Source of the DNA: Chara braunii | Taxonomy: Eukaryota; Plantae; Charophyceae | DNA: 64,000 bases | Assembly: GCA_003427395.1 (NCBI GenBank) | Contig: BFEA01000031.1 | Coordinates: 833,528 to 897,527 of the forward strand | Reading direction: 5' to 3' | In this document: piece after piece, positions 1-10,650 of the stretch | Layout of the letters: every line of letters starts with the position of its first letter | How positions within the stretch are numbered: the first letter of the stretch is position 1 | Notes under the pieces: generated by a model | Seen by the model: only the letters and a program-made list of their open reading frames with translations | Told to the model about the DNA's origin: nothing | The model's database searches: none | Position numbers and translations under genes: made by a program

Positions 1-48
1 TTGGGCCCAGTCGGTTTGGTGGTGGTGCCTCAGGGGTGGAGTGCTTTG

Positions 49-113
49 GTCCGTCGGGACATCCGTTAAAATTGGAACAATACAGAGGAGACTTGCATGG
101 CTCCTCTACGATG
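49..113 (+). pseudogene. U6: U6 snRNA-derived fragment (5' ~65 nt, diverged)
   Basis: gtccgtcgggacatccgttaaaattggaacaatacagaggagacttgcatggc matches the plant U6 5' end GTCCCTTCGGGGACATCCGATAAAATTGGAACGATACAGAGAAGATTAGCATGGCC. Confidence 0.85.
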
Positions 114-115
114 CC

Positions 116-433
116 AAACACAGACTGTGGAGTTCAGCGTGCACGCGAGCTGGTGGGTGTTTTGACCCACGGGACAGAAGAAACCTGAGTGGTGGGGACC
201 CTCTGCTGTAGGCACCGTCCGTCGACCACGATCTGCTATGAGAGGTTGAGTGTGAGAATGCCCGTTGGGATCCGAAAGATGGTGAACTATGCTTGAGCAG
301 AACGGGCCAGGGGCACTGTGGCGGAGGCATGCCGCAACGCCAACGCGTACATCGTCCGTCCAACTTGGGTACAGGGACGAAAAACTAATCATAGCGGGCT
401 CCCTCCAAAGTTTTCCTATGAAATAGCAGGAGT
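116..433 (+). pseudogene. Diverged 25S/28S LSU rRNA fragment
   Basis: Colinear LSU motifs: aaacacagac..., ccgaaagatggtgaactatgcttgagc, acttgggtacagggacgaaaaactaatc, ccctccaaagtttt; many substitutions. Confidence 0.85.
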
Positions 434-1235
434 TGTTGGATAGTGTTGCTACATGACGGTGGGACCGCGTGGTGAATGAGGTCGACATCAACAGGCGAGT
501 GAAGGCAATGGCGGACGAGTAGTTGAAAAGCGGAAGGAAATCCCACTCCTTCAATCCTACTTGGGATAAGGCAGGGGGAAGGATGAAGTTGCGCTATTTA
601 GGCCGGATGACCATGAATCAGCAATCAAATTTGGACAAGAATTAGTGGGGGAGAAGGTAAAGAGAAAACGGGGAGCGCAGGGGTGTTGGAGAAGTGTATA
701 TGGCGGGTGTGAGCAAACAAATATCTCGCTCGATTCTCGATGGAATCGAGCGTGGGAGGGGGCTAACCCAAGGTTCTTGGCCATGTCGAATATGATAGGG
801 TTGACCGATTCCGCGTTGGGGGTATAGGTTTTGTGGTGCAACAACTCTGAGTTGTGTAGGGAGAGGAGGCTTGCAACAACGATGCGTCCGACCGCATTCT
901 AGCGGAAGATTCAGTCTCATTTTGCATATTAGGATAAAAATGGAGTGGGACCCATATTCACGTGACCCACTTGTCATTATGGTCGTCATAGTTGTCGACA
1001 CGGCATCTGATCCAGATCAAGATCATGTTCGTGATAGCCATGCTCGTCTTGGTCCTCGTCTCAACGAGCGCTAGATGGTCGTCGTGATCGCATCGTGGTC
1101 ATCTCCGTCAGGGTGCAAGTTGTCATCATCACCCTTATCTCGTTGCTCACCGCTATCTCGACAACGTCCTGCTGATCATCATCAAAGTTTCTCGTTCCGT
1201 TGACGGTCTCATTCTTGTGCGTAGCTGCTTATCAT

Positions 1236-2128
1236 TGTTAAGCTAGCTCATGAACGTATGAACCTGACTGGGAGGACGACCAGATGCCTTAGGAAGAAGG
1301 AAGCAAATAACGGACGGGGTAATCAAGATATGGGATGAGTAGGGGAGAAAGGAAAGGGACGCGACGAGAGGAAGATACCTACTGAGCATGCATCTCCCCA
1401 TGTTTTAGAGGGAGATCCGTTCTTACTCTAAGCGTTGATTGAGTTGTGTGGCAGAGAGCACACAGATGCGCGAAAGAGAGGAAGAGGACGGCAAGGTACC
1501 TTCGGGCTGGCGGTGCAGGGTGAGTCGGAAGTCGAGCCGTGATACCAAGCTGCCGCTGACATAAAATTATGAAGGTGTATCATTTTGTATTCTAGCAGAA
1601 AAGTCGTACTCATTTTATAGGAGGGATCGGGCTACTACTTTATGGGGATGGGGACTGCTGATTGAGTGACGTGAGATTGGTGCAGTTTTCCAAGCAGGAA
1701 TCGATTGGCAGCTGTTGCAAGGGCGTTGTTGCTTGAATGTAGGACTTCATACTCGCATTTGCAGTTGCTTCGGTTGACTGCTATTGTTATGTTCCTTGAT
1801 GATTATTACTGTGTATGACAGTGAGGCAATTGGAGATTAGTGGAGGATTTGTTGCTCGTTGCTAGTGACCGTTACTGTAGATGGACTCGGTATTCGTTGC
1901 TATGTTGAAAGTTGTTGCTAAATTTGGCGTTGGTCTTTGTTTTCGAAGGAGTTGTCGCCCTTAGTGACAACGGTTTTACTGAAACAAAGTGTTACTGCAG
2001 TAAGGACGGACGGTCACGGACCTACCTCGTCAAGGTTGGTACTGACCAAAGTTGGTATTAATCGGAGTGGCGGTTTTTTGGTTCCGAGACATTGTAGATT
2101 GGAGTATTCCTACTATAATTCCTCAACA
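1236..2128. mobile_element. Possible solo LTR
   Basis: TG...CA ends (tgttaag / ctcaaca) form imperfect inverted termini; only a 3-bp flanking match (cat), so no convincing TSD. Confidence 0.3.
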
Positions 2129-2582
2129 CATAGTCAACGACACTGTATTGTGTTGAGCACAATCACTGTTTGTTGTGCACTGTTGTTGTGTATTGTTGTG
2201 CATACACGTCGTGTCCACTATGCATGCTAAGTTGATTATGAATCATTGAGGGGAGCGTTGTGTTTTACCATGTGTTTGCACTGTGCATCATTGAGTGCGC
2301 CGTTGTGGCGATGGTGTTCGGTGTCGAGCATTGCCACAGTACCTTGCTGTTGTGTGTGATTGTTGTGTGCGCAATCTTGATTGATTTTTGCTGCGTTTTG
2401 CCTGCATTTCGAATAGAGCATTGGGGGTGCACTCTATTTGAACGTAACCTCTCTAGGCTGCGAGGCAGCAGTCTGTTCAGAGGGAACAACATTGCAACTT
2501 GCGAAAGTAGTGACAGTCTGTAAGAGGGTTACTACTGCGACGTGAACATAGGATTCGTGAAAACCCAACCAAAAAAAATGTT

Positions 2583-2585
<3 letters not shown>

Positions 2586-2654
<69 letters not shown>

Positions 2655-2804
2655 NNNNNNNNNNNNNNNNNNNNNNNNNNNNNNNNNNNNNNNNNNNNNN
2701 NNNNNNNNNNNNNNNNNNNNNNNNNNNNNNNNNNNNNNNNNNNNNNNNNNNNNNNNNNNNNNNNNNNNNNNNNNNNNNNNNNGTCGTCGTCTCTCTCTCT
2801 CTCT
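2586..2804. repeat. (CT)n microsatellite spanning an assembly gap
   Basis: Seen directly, N run inside. Confidence 0.95.
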
Positions 2805-3130
2805 AGGTTTGAACGAAATCTATTTACGATTCTGAGAGTACAGTTTTTATGCCTTCTGCAAAAGCAAGATTCTTTGCAAAGTAAAATAATAAAAAAAAGA
2901 ATAAAAGAATATTTTTTGAGAACCACAGGAAGTGGCGAGGAAAAAAAAAAAAAAATCCCACAGTAAATCATTACTAGGCGAAATACCGTATATTTATAAA
3001 TTGAAATATCTATTTTTTTTATTATCTCAAGAGATCATGTATATGAGTTGTGTATCACGACGAACATGATCGAGGGTTTGGAAAACACGTAAACGTCTTA
3101 GCTTGTTTGCGAATACGTTTGCATCATATA

Positions 3131-3654
3131 TCAACAGAAAAATATTCCAGAATTAAATAATCATTCTAGAGTAAAATTACATTCTAAATTTCAAATTTTC
3201 ATTCCATCTTGAAAAATGTCATTCCAATTTTAAAATTTTTCGTCTTACTTGAAAATTTTCCTTCCAAGAATGGGGTATCCCTTCTTATTTGAACTGCATG
3301 CTAGAGATGGAATGAAAGTCTGGATGAGTTCATGAAATATTTTAATTGGACTGTCATTCTAAGTAAGGATTTCCAGTCATAAATAGGTTAATCCAATCTA
3401 AATTAAACGATATTTATTGTAGTAGAATGAAAGTCTCATTAAAACATTTTATAAACTCGTCCAGACTTTCATTCCATCTTGAACAAATAGATATAGTTGG
3501 AAGGGAAAACTCATATTTAGACGGAAACTTATCAAATTAAATTGAAAATTTTACAATAGGACAAACATTGGAATGATAATTTATAAATATGAAGGATTTT
3601 TTTTTAATGGAATGTTTTTTTAACTTTCATTTCTCATGGGAATTTTTCTGTTGA
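3131..3654. mobile_element. AT-rich foldback/MITE-like element with long imperfect inverted arms
   Basis: tcaacagaaaaa...tttttctgttga termini; internal gagatggaatgaaagtctggatgagtt (~3304) is inverted relative to aactcgtccagactttcattccatct (~3454). Confidence 0.65.
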
Positions 3655-3671
3655 TTCTTCAATCTGTAGGC

Positions 3672-3702
<31 letters not shown>

Positions 3703-4717
3703 CCTTTCAGTGTTTTATTTTTAACTTGCGTTTGACTAGGAATTTGAAGATGTTTCCGGGACAGTTGTTTGTGCTATTATTTTACATAACATATCTTTTT
3801 TGACAACGATTTAACTGTTAACCTGAAAATTCCTTTATAGAGTCTATAAAATGTTGAAAACGACATATAGTTTTATATAAAGAATTCACTAAAACTATTT
3901 TTTTACAAGTTTCGAGTTTGTTTTATTGAAGCTCTGTTTTTTTGTCAGTCTATGAAGAATGACTTGTAGTCCTATAACAGGATCTTCGCAAGAAAATTTT
4001 CCTCCACATTTTGAGGATCGCTCGACTGTTTGTTTGATCTTTTGCCTTGTCTCTCGAAACGTGGTCAAAATTGTGTTTTTTTTTTAAGGCAGAAAGATAA
4101 GTTTGACTTCAACTTTTTCACTCTATACAAATGTTGTTGTTTTTTTTTTTTTTTGGTTTTCACGAATCCTGTGTTCTGGGAGGTCTTTCAGAATACAAAT
4201 GTTCTACGTTTTGGGTCGCGGTTCAACCATCTTGCGGTGATTTCTCGACCACCATTATGGAGCCCTCAGGCGATAAAAGACTTCAAGGCACTCTGAAGCG
4301 AGTTTGAGCGCACCTCTTTTGCATCTGAGTGACTAAGGCACTTCTACTTTTGACCTTCTTACTCTAAGTCTAACATGAGGTTACGAGAAGAAGGCACGTC
4401 CACCCTGATTGCAGGAACTCTGTCAAAACGTTTCTGAGTTTTGGAGGCAGGGAACTGTGAAGTAGTTTGTTTTTGCCTTGTGTGAGTCCACGATATCCCT
4501 ATTTTCATACACCTCTCTAGTCTGATTGAAATGTACGCGTGCAACCTTATGTTTTATTGATTCTTTCTATAACCTTAATCAGATTGAGTAAAAAAAAAAA
4601 TTGTGTGAATCCTTCTTTGCATTGTTGCATGAAAACAGACAAACATGGATGAATTAGGGGAAGGTGCGAGAAGTGTGGTCTTGATTAAGAATCTGGGTCA
4701 CAAAAAGGGTCAGGCAT

Positions 4718-6020
4718 GTTTCTAAGCTGAACGACTTGACCGCTATGTTTCTTTGGAGTTGTTTTTTGATGGGCCAGACACTGTTTCTAAGTTGAATGAT
4801 CTGACTACTGTGACTTTGTTTTTGAGGCATGCATGGTTTGTTTTTGGGGCTAAACATTGTTTCTTAGTTGAATGGTTTGGTCCACATGCCTTTTTGGGGG
4901 GCATCTGAATGAAACCTGACCATGTTTTCAAGTTGAATGACCAAGGATCCTTGTTTTTCTTGAAATATGAAAGTAAGGGTTTATTATTATTTCTAAGTTG
5001 AATTACTAAACTTTTATTGTGTTTCTCCTGAGGGGACTAAGGTTGAGAGTAAGCATTGTTTCTAAATTGAATGACTTACTTTAAAAAGTCGTGCATACAA
5101 CAGGGAATCCAATGATAGTTCCTTCTATATTATATTTATATATCTTATATGAACAAGTTAGTCAGATAGGGTTTCTAAGTTGAATGGTTTGATTATAACC
5201 TATCATTAAGGACGAGAATATGAAGTTAAAAGTATAATTTACTGTAAGTTTGAGCAGGCAGAACATTGTTTCCATGTTGAATGGTTCAGAGGTGGACCCC
5301 ACAGGGGAAAATCTCGGAAGAACTCTTCCGCCGGGTGTTCTCTCAGACCCCACAACCTCTGGAAAAGTGTCTGGAAGTCCTTTTTTTTGTATTTCCCAGA
5401 CCCCACCACCCGGAAAAGTGGCGCCTGGAAAAGAGGAGCGAGTTTCCAAGTCCTTTTTCTGGGCGGAAAACGGTCGATCCACGTCACCCTCGCCGAAATT
5501 TTGTGGCAAACGCAAGGGGTAGGGGGGGGGCATCCCCCTACGTCTTCCAAACTTGGAAGATCGCGCAGGTCCATTTTGTGTCCGCACGGTGCAGCGCAGA
5601 TGCCACGCAATGCCACCCACGACCCGTAAGCGGCCACCCTGCAGGTCCACCACGGCCTACCCGGGCTTCGACGGCGGACAAAACAGCCAAACTGGTTAGA
5701 AAGTCTGGAAGAACTCTTCCAAAAGTCTGGAAAAGAGGCACTTCGGTGGGGTCCCATCTTTTCTTTTTCGAAACCTTCCAGGACTTCCGCGTCGTTTTAC
5801 CACGGAAACTGCCACCCCTTAGTCCTACACCCACGTTCAACTTGAAGACAAGGAGGCAAAAAAAAATATAAAATTTGATTATTAAACAGTTCAGGATGAC
5901 TAAGCAGGGTTTCTAAGTTGAATGGCATGTTCATATGCCCAATGAAGAGAAAAACTTTACTGTGCGTTGTGTTTTGTTTATAATAAGGCAAGGCTAGATA
6001 TTGTTTATAAGTTGAGTAAT
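4718..6020. repeat. Degenerate ~66-bp minisatellite with core gtttctaagttgaatg
   Basis: Core recurs at ~4718, 4783, 4859, 4925, 4990, 5058, 5170, 5268, 5909, 6003. Confidence 0.75.
5288..5759. mobile_element. GC-rich non-autonomous TIR element inserted in the minisatellite
   Basis: gaggtggaccccac ... gtggggtcccatct inverted ends; repeated ggaagaactcttcc; sharp GC contrast with flanks. Confidence 0.5.
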
Positions 6021-6387
6021 CTAGTCTTTATGCCATAAAGCAAAATGAGGGTATTAGGGTTTATCTAACTAAGAGTTAATGAACTATTTATTTGAAAAAC
6101 AACTTCGGGTTTTAGTGGGAGTACTTACTCATTGTGGTATGGACTTGTATGTGGATTGATAGGAAGCTAGCTTGATTTATGCATACTTTCTGCCTTAGGA
6201 CTTAGACTTGTACAACTTGGGATATCACTTCTCCTTGAGAAAATTGTACAAAATCTATGGAGTTGGACAATTTTTCATGCTTTACATAATTGAGTAATCT
6301 AAGTTTATCTTTGGATTAGTATAAATTTGGTAGTCTACCTTTTCTAAACGAGATGTTGCCCAACTTGTTATTAATTCGAAGATTTAA

Positions 6388-7557
6388 ACTAAGTTGTTTT
6401 TCTGGATATCCATATGACCCTGGACCATCCGGAATATCCGGCCGAAAAAACACCCCCAAAAAAACTCGAAAATAAACATTCCGGACCCTGTGCAAAATAG
6501 GCGCAGAGCTTCTTCCTAGGGTCTAGGGGCGCCAAGGGGTTTTGATCAACCCCTGACAACACCTCGTTGTGGCAGATCCCGAAAGGGACCCACAAATTTC
6601 GAAAAAAAAAAGTCCGATTCGGGCCATCGGTCCACCAAGATCGGCGGCCCAGATTGGGCCAATTTTGAATTTGAAATCGCACTATGCCGCTGCCCGGCTG
6701 CTTGCTGCCCCTGTGCTCGTTGCCTCGCTGCCCTGCTGCTCGTTGCCCGCTGCCCCGCCGCTCTGCTGCTCGCTGCCCCGCTGTTCCGCTGTTGCTGGCA
6801 TAGCCGCTGCCACTAATGCCATCGCCGGGTGCTGTTCCTCTTGTACTTGTCACTGAAGGTGAGCCGCCTCCTCCTCCTCCTGCTCCACCTCCTCCTCCTC
6901 CTCCCCCTCCTCCTCTTCCTACTCGTCTTCAACCTCCTCCTCCTAGTCTTCCATCTCCTCTTCTTCCTCCTCCTCCCTTTGCTCCTCCTTCTCGTCTTCC
7001 TCCCGCTGTTCCGCTGCTGTTGGAGCCATTGCCGAGAGCTGTTCCTCCTCTAACCGTCGCTAAAGTGAGCCTCCACCTCCTTCTCCTCCTCCTCCTCCTC
7101 CTCCTCCTCGGCTTTCACCTCCACCTCCACCTCCTCCTCCTCCTTCTCCTCCTCCTCCTCCTCCTCTTCCTACTCGTCTTCCACCTCCTCCTCCTCCTCC
7201 TCCTCCTCCTCGTCTTCCACCTCCTCCTCCTCCACTTGCTCCTCCTTTTCCTCCCGCTGTTCCACTGCTGCAGGCATAGCCGCCGCCGCTGGAGCCATCG
7301 TCGGGAGCTGCTCCTCTACCCGTCGCTGAAGGTGAGCCTCCACCTCCTCCTCCTTCTCCTTCTCCTCCTCGACTTTCACCTCCTCCACCTCCACCTCCTC
7401 CTCCTCCTCCTCCTCTTCCTACTCGTCGTCCACCTCCTCCTCCTTCTCCTCTTCTTCCACCTCCTCCTCCTCTTCCTCCTCCTCCTCCTCCTCCTCCTCC
7501 TCCTCGGCTTTCACCTCCTCCACCTCCTCCACCACCTCATCCACCTCCTTCTCCTCC

Positions 7558-7588
<31 letters not shown>

Positions 7589-9223
7589 ATGAAAAACAAA
7601 AAGGCAAAATGTTATCCAATCGAATCAATCGATTCGATGGGATTTTGATTCAAAAATCAAGATCCAATCGAATCGATTGATTCAATTGGATAACATTTTG
7701 TCTTTTTCTTTCCATCGATTGATTGATTGATTGATTGATTGATCCAATTGAATCGATCGATTTGATTGGTTCTTGATTTGGAAATCAAGATCCAATCGAA
7801 TCGATTGATTTGATGGAATAACTTGATAACGTTGTCGAGTGAAGCGAAAGATTGGAGTACTAGGAGGAGGAAAGGGCCGACGAGGAGGAGGAGGAGGAAG
7901 GATGACGAGGAGGAGGAGGAGGAGGAGGAGGAGGAGGAAGGATGGAGAGGAAGAGGAGGACGAGGAGGAGGAGGAAGAGGAGGAGGAGGAGGAAGGATGG
8001 AGAGGTAGAGGAGGACGAGGAGGAGGAGAAAGAGGAGGACGAGGAGGAAGGATGATGATGATGTTGAGGAGGAGGAGGAGGAGGAAGAAGAAGAATTAGA
8101 AGAGGACGAGGAGGAGGAGGAAGAAGAAGAATTAGAAGAGGACGAGGAGGAGGAGGAAGGAGAGGAGGACTGGCTTTCTTTTCTAATCATCTGCTCCCAT
8201 CCGGGGTCGAAAACAAGTCTGTATTTCAAGAAGTTCATGGGTGTGGCAATTGAGACAGGGCAGGCATGAAAACGCCTCCCATTATGCTGATGGGCAGACG
8301 ATCGTGAAGCATTCAGAAAGAGGGAAGAACGAAAGAATAAAAAGAAACGCCAGAAACAGAAAAACCCTCCCTTCCGTATAGATTCGATCAACTTGGGAAT
8401 AAATCGAATGAGCTAGTGTAGCAGTATCATACACGAATTGCAAGGTAATATCGAAGACGTCAATAACAAAACCCGCCATATTCACTTCTGGAAGGCAATG
8501 AGCTCTCCTCTCGAGCTTGTAGATAACAGTACCGCCCGCCATAGCTGCAGAGCGCTCTAGAAAGCCCTCGCCCCCCCTGCCCCAACAACACCTTCAAGTA
8601 CTACGACCGCGCTGCAAGATTAAACCGATGGTAGCGGAACCTCCCCCTCCCATTATCAACCACCATACACACATCCGCGTAATCCACTTCTTCTTCGTCT
8701 TCTTCACCATGGTCATGCTTCCATTCACTCCTCCGCAAGAACAACTCTCTCCTCGACGTAGCCGGTGATCATTCCTTCTTTGGCGCCACCGCTACAAAGA
8801 AGCGATTTCTCCACTCCAATCACTACTGCTGGTGCCGCCGCTACCCCGGATGCCACACTTCATTACTTCATTTGCCAATCTCTGCTCATTGGGACGCAGC
8901 CTGCCATCATGCGTCCCGTTTTCTACTGCACACCCTCATCCACTCCCCGTGCACCCCCTCCCTCTTTCCTCCTCTCCAGATCTTCACACGCTGGAATCCC
9001 GACACTACCCCACCCCCCGCTACTGCTGATACGCTGACCTCCACAAAACGCCACCGCCGCCTCATCCTCCCCGCCGCCCACATCATCAGCGCGTCCAACA
9101 ACAGTTTGCCTGCCGACACGATACCGTTGTCTTACCTCGTCTTCCGGTGAGCGCGCAGAAAAGGGAAGGCCAACAATGAAAAAAAGGTAACATGTTTAGG
9201 GGAGGGTTGAGAATGACAACCAC

Positions 9224-9260
<37 letters not shown>

Positions 9261-9805
9261 TTTGATTGATTTGATTGATTGATTGATCCAACTCAATCGA
9301 ATGAGATTGAACTGGCGCCGCTGCCACTTCGTGGCCTTGGACATGTAAGAGTCATACGAAACCCAATTGTCTTGGTATTTCTTACCGTGAAAACCAAGCC
9401 AAGTTTGATTCTCAGGGAAGTACTTATGCTTGATTCTTTGTCGACCCCAGGTAGGGTGTCTACGAAAGATTCATGCACGAAGTTGTTGAAATGTTCGAAA
9501 ATCCATACGGTGAAAGATTGTAGAGCATTGGTGAACAAGTAGAGTATACTAAGACGCTTGAGATAACCATGTTGAAGGAACTCGGCAAAATGACTCCGTA
9601 ACTTCGGGAGAAGGAGTGCTTTTCTTTGCAAAAACAGACAAAAGTGGCACATAACAGGGGGTAGCGACTATTTATTAAAAACACACGACTCTGCCAAGTG
9701 GTAACACGATTGATTGATTCAATGGAATCGATCGATTTGATTGGTTTTTGATTTGGAAATCAAGATCCAATCGAATCGATTGATTCGGTTGGATAATTCG
9801 GTAAT

Positions 9806-9842
<37 letters not shown>

Positions 9843-10650
9843 ATTGATTGATTGATTGATTGAAGGGGAAAAAAAACAAAAGTGGGTCAGGGCGGTATAG
9901 GGGCGAAAGCCTAATCGATCCGCTTTATAGCTCGTTCCCTCCGAAGCTTGCCTGGCGATGGTTCGAGGCTTGAAGCTCTTGAAAAGTGTTGCCGAGTGAA
10001 GCGAAATATTGGATTACTAGGAGGAGGAAAGGATCGACGAGGAGAAGGAGGAGGAAGGATGACGAGGTGGGGGAGGAGGAGGTGGAGGAGGAGGAGGAGG
10101 AGGAGAACGAGGAGGACGAGGAGGAAGAATGATGATGATGATGAGAAGGAGGAGGAGGAAGAAGAAGAAAAAAAAAAATTAGAAGAAAAGGAGTAGTAGG
10201 AAGGAGAGGAGGAGGAGGAGGAGAAGGAAAAAGACAAAGTAGAGGACGAGGAGGAGGAGGAAAATGAAGAGGAGGAAGGAGAGAAGGATGAAGAAGAAGA
10301 TGCAGAATAGAAGGAAGAGGAGGAGGAGGGGGAGGAGGAGGAGGAGGACCACGATGACCAAGAGGAGGAGGACGACGATGACCAAGAGGAGGAGGGGGAG
10401 AAGGATGAGGATGCAGAAGTGGTGGAGGACGAGGAGAGGAGTAGGGAGGAGGCGGACAAGGAGGACGAGGAGAAAAAAATCCCATATCTAAACCTGTTAG
10501 AGTCCTTTTCAAGCGCAAAAAAAATAAAAAATGAAAATAAAAAAATCGGTCATTTTTCGGTTAATCCGAATTCCGGATAAACAGGATACCGAAAAAAGTG
10601 GCCAGATATTCCGATCACTTCATCCAGCCGGAAATGATAACTAACTTAGT
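6388..10650. mobile_element. Non-autonomous composite TIR element with CCT/GAG-rich arms
   Basis: TIR actaagtt / aacttagt flanked by direct repeat atttaa (6382-6387, 10651-10656); subterminal ccgga/gatatcc motifs; (CCT)n left arm, (GAG)n right arm; nested (GATT)n/aatcgaatcgat modules; the same satellite continues on both sides. Confidence 0.65.
9894..9960 (+). pseudogene. Short 25S rRNA-derived fragment
   Basis: ggtatagggggcgaaagcctaatcga...gttccctccgaag matches LSU GGTATAGGGGCGAAAGACTAATCGAACC...GGTTCCCTCCGAAG. Confidence 0.7.

Noticed and set aside
116-433. Functional rDNA unit
   Set aside because: Short, heavily substituted, no adjoining rRNA sequence
838-853. aacaactctgagt resembling vertebrate U5 snRNA
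   Set aside because: 13-nt match only; no U5 loop I or Sm site
4718-6020. CRISPR-like repeat/spacer array
   Set aside because: Eukaryotic context, degenerate repeats, spacers related to each other, no cas genes
6816-10518. Long Pro/Leu/Glu/Ser-rich ORFs
   Set aside because: Translations of (CCT)/(GAG) low-complexity arms in several frames
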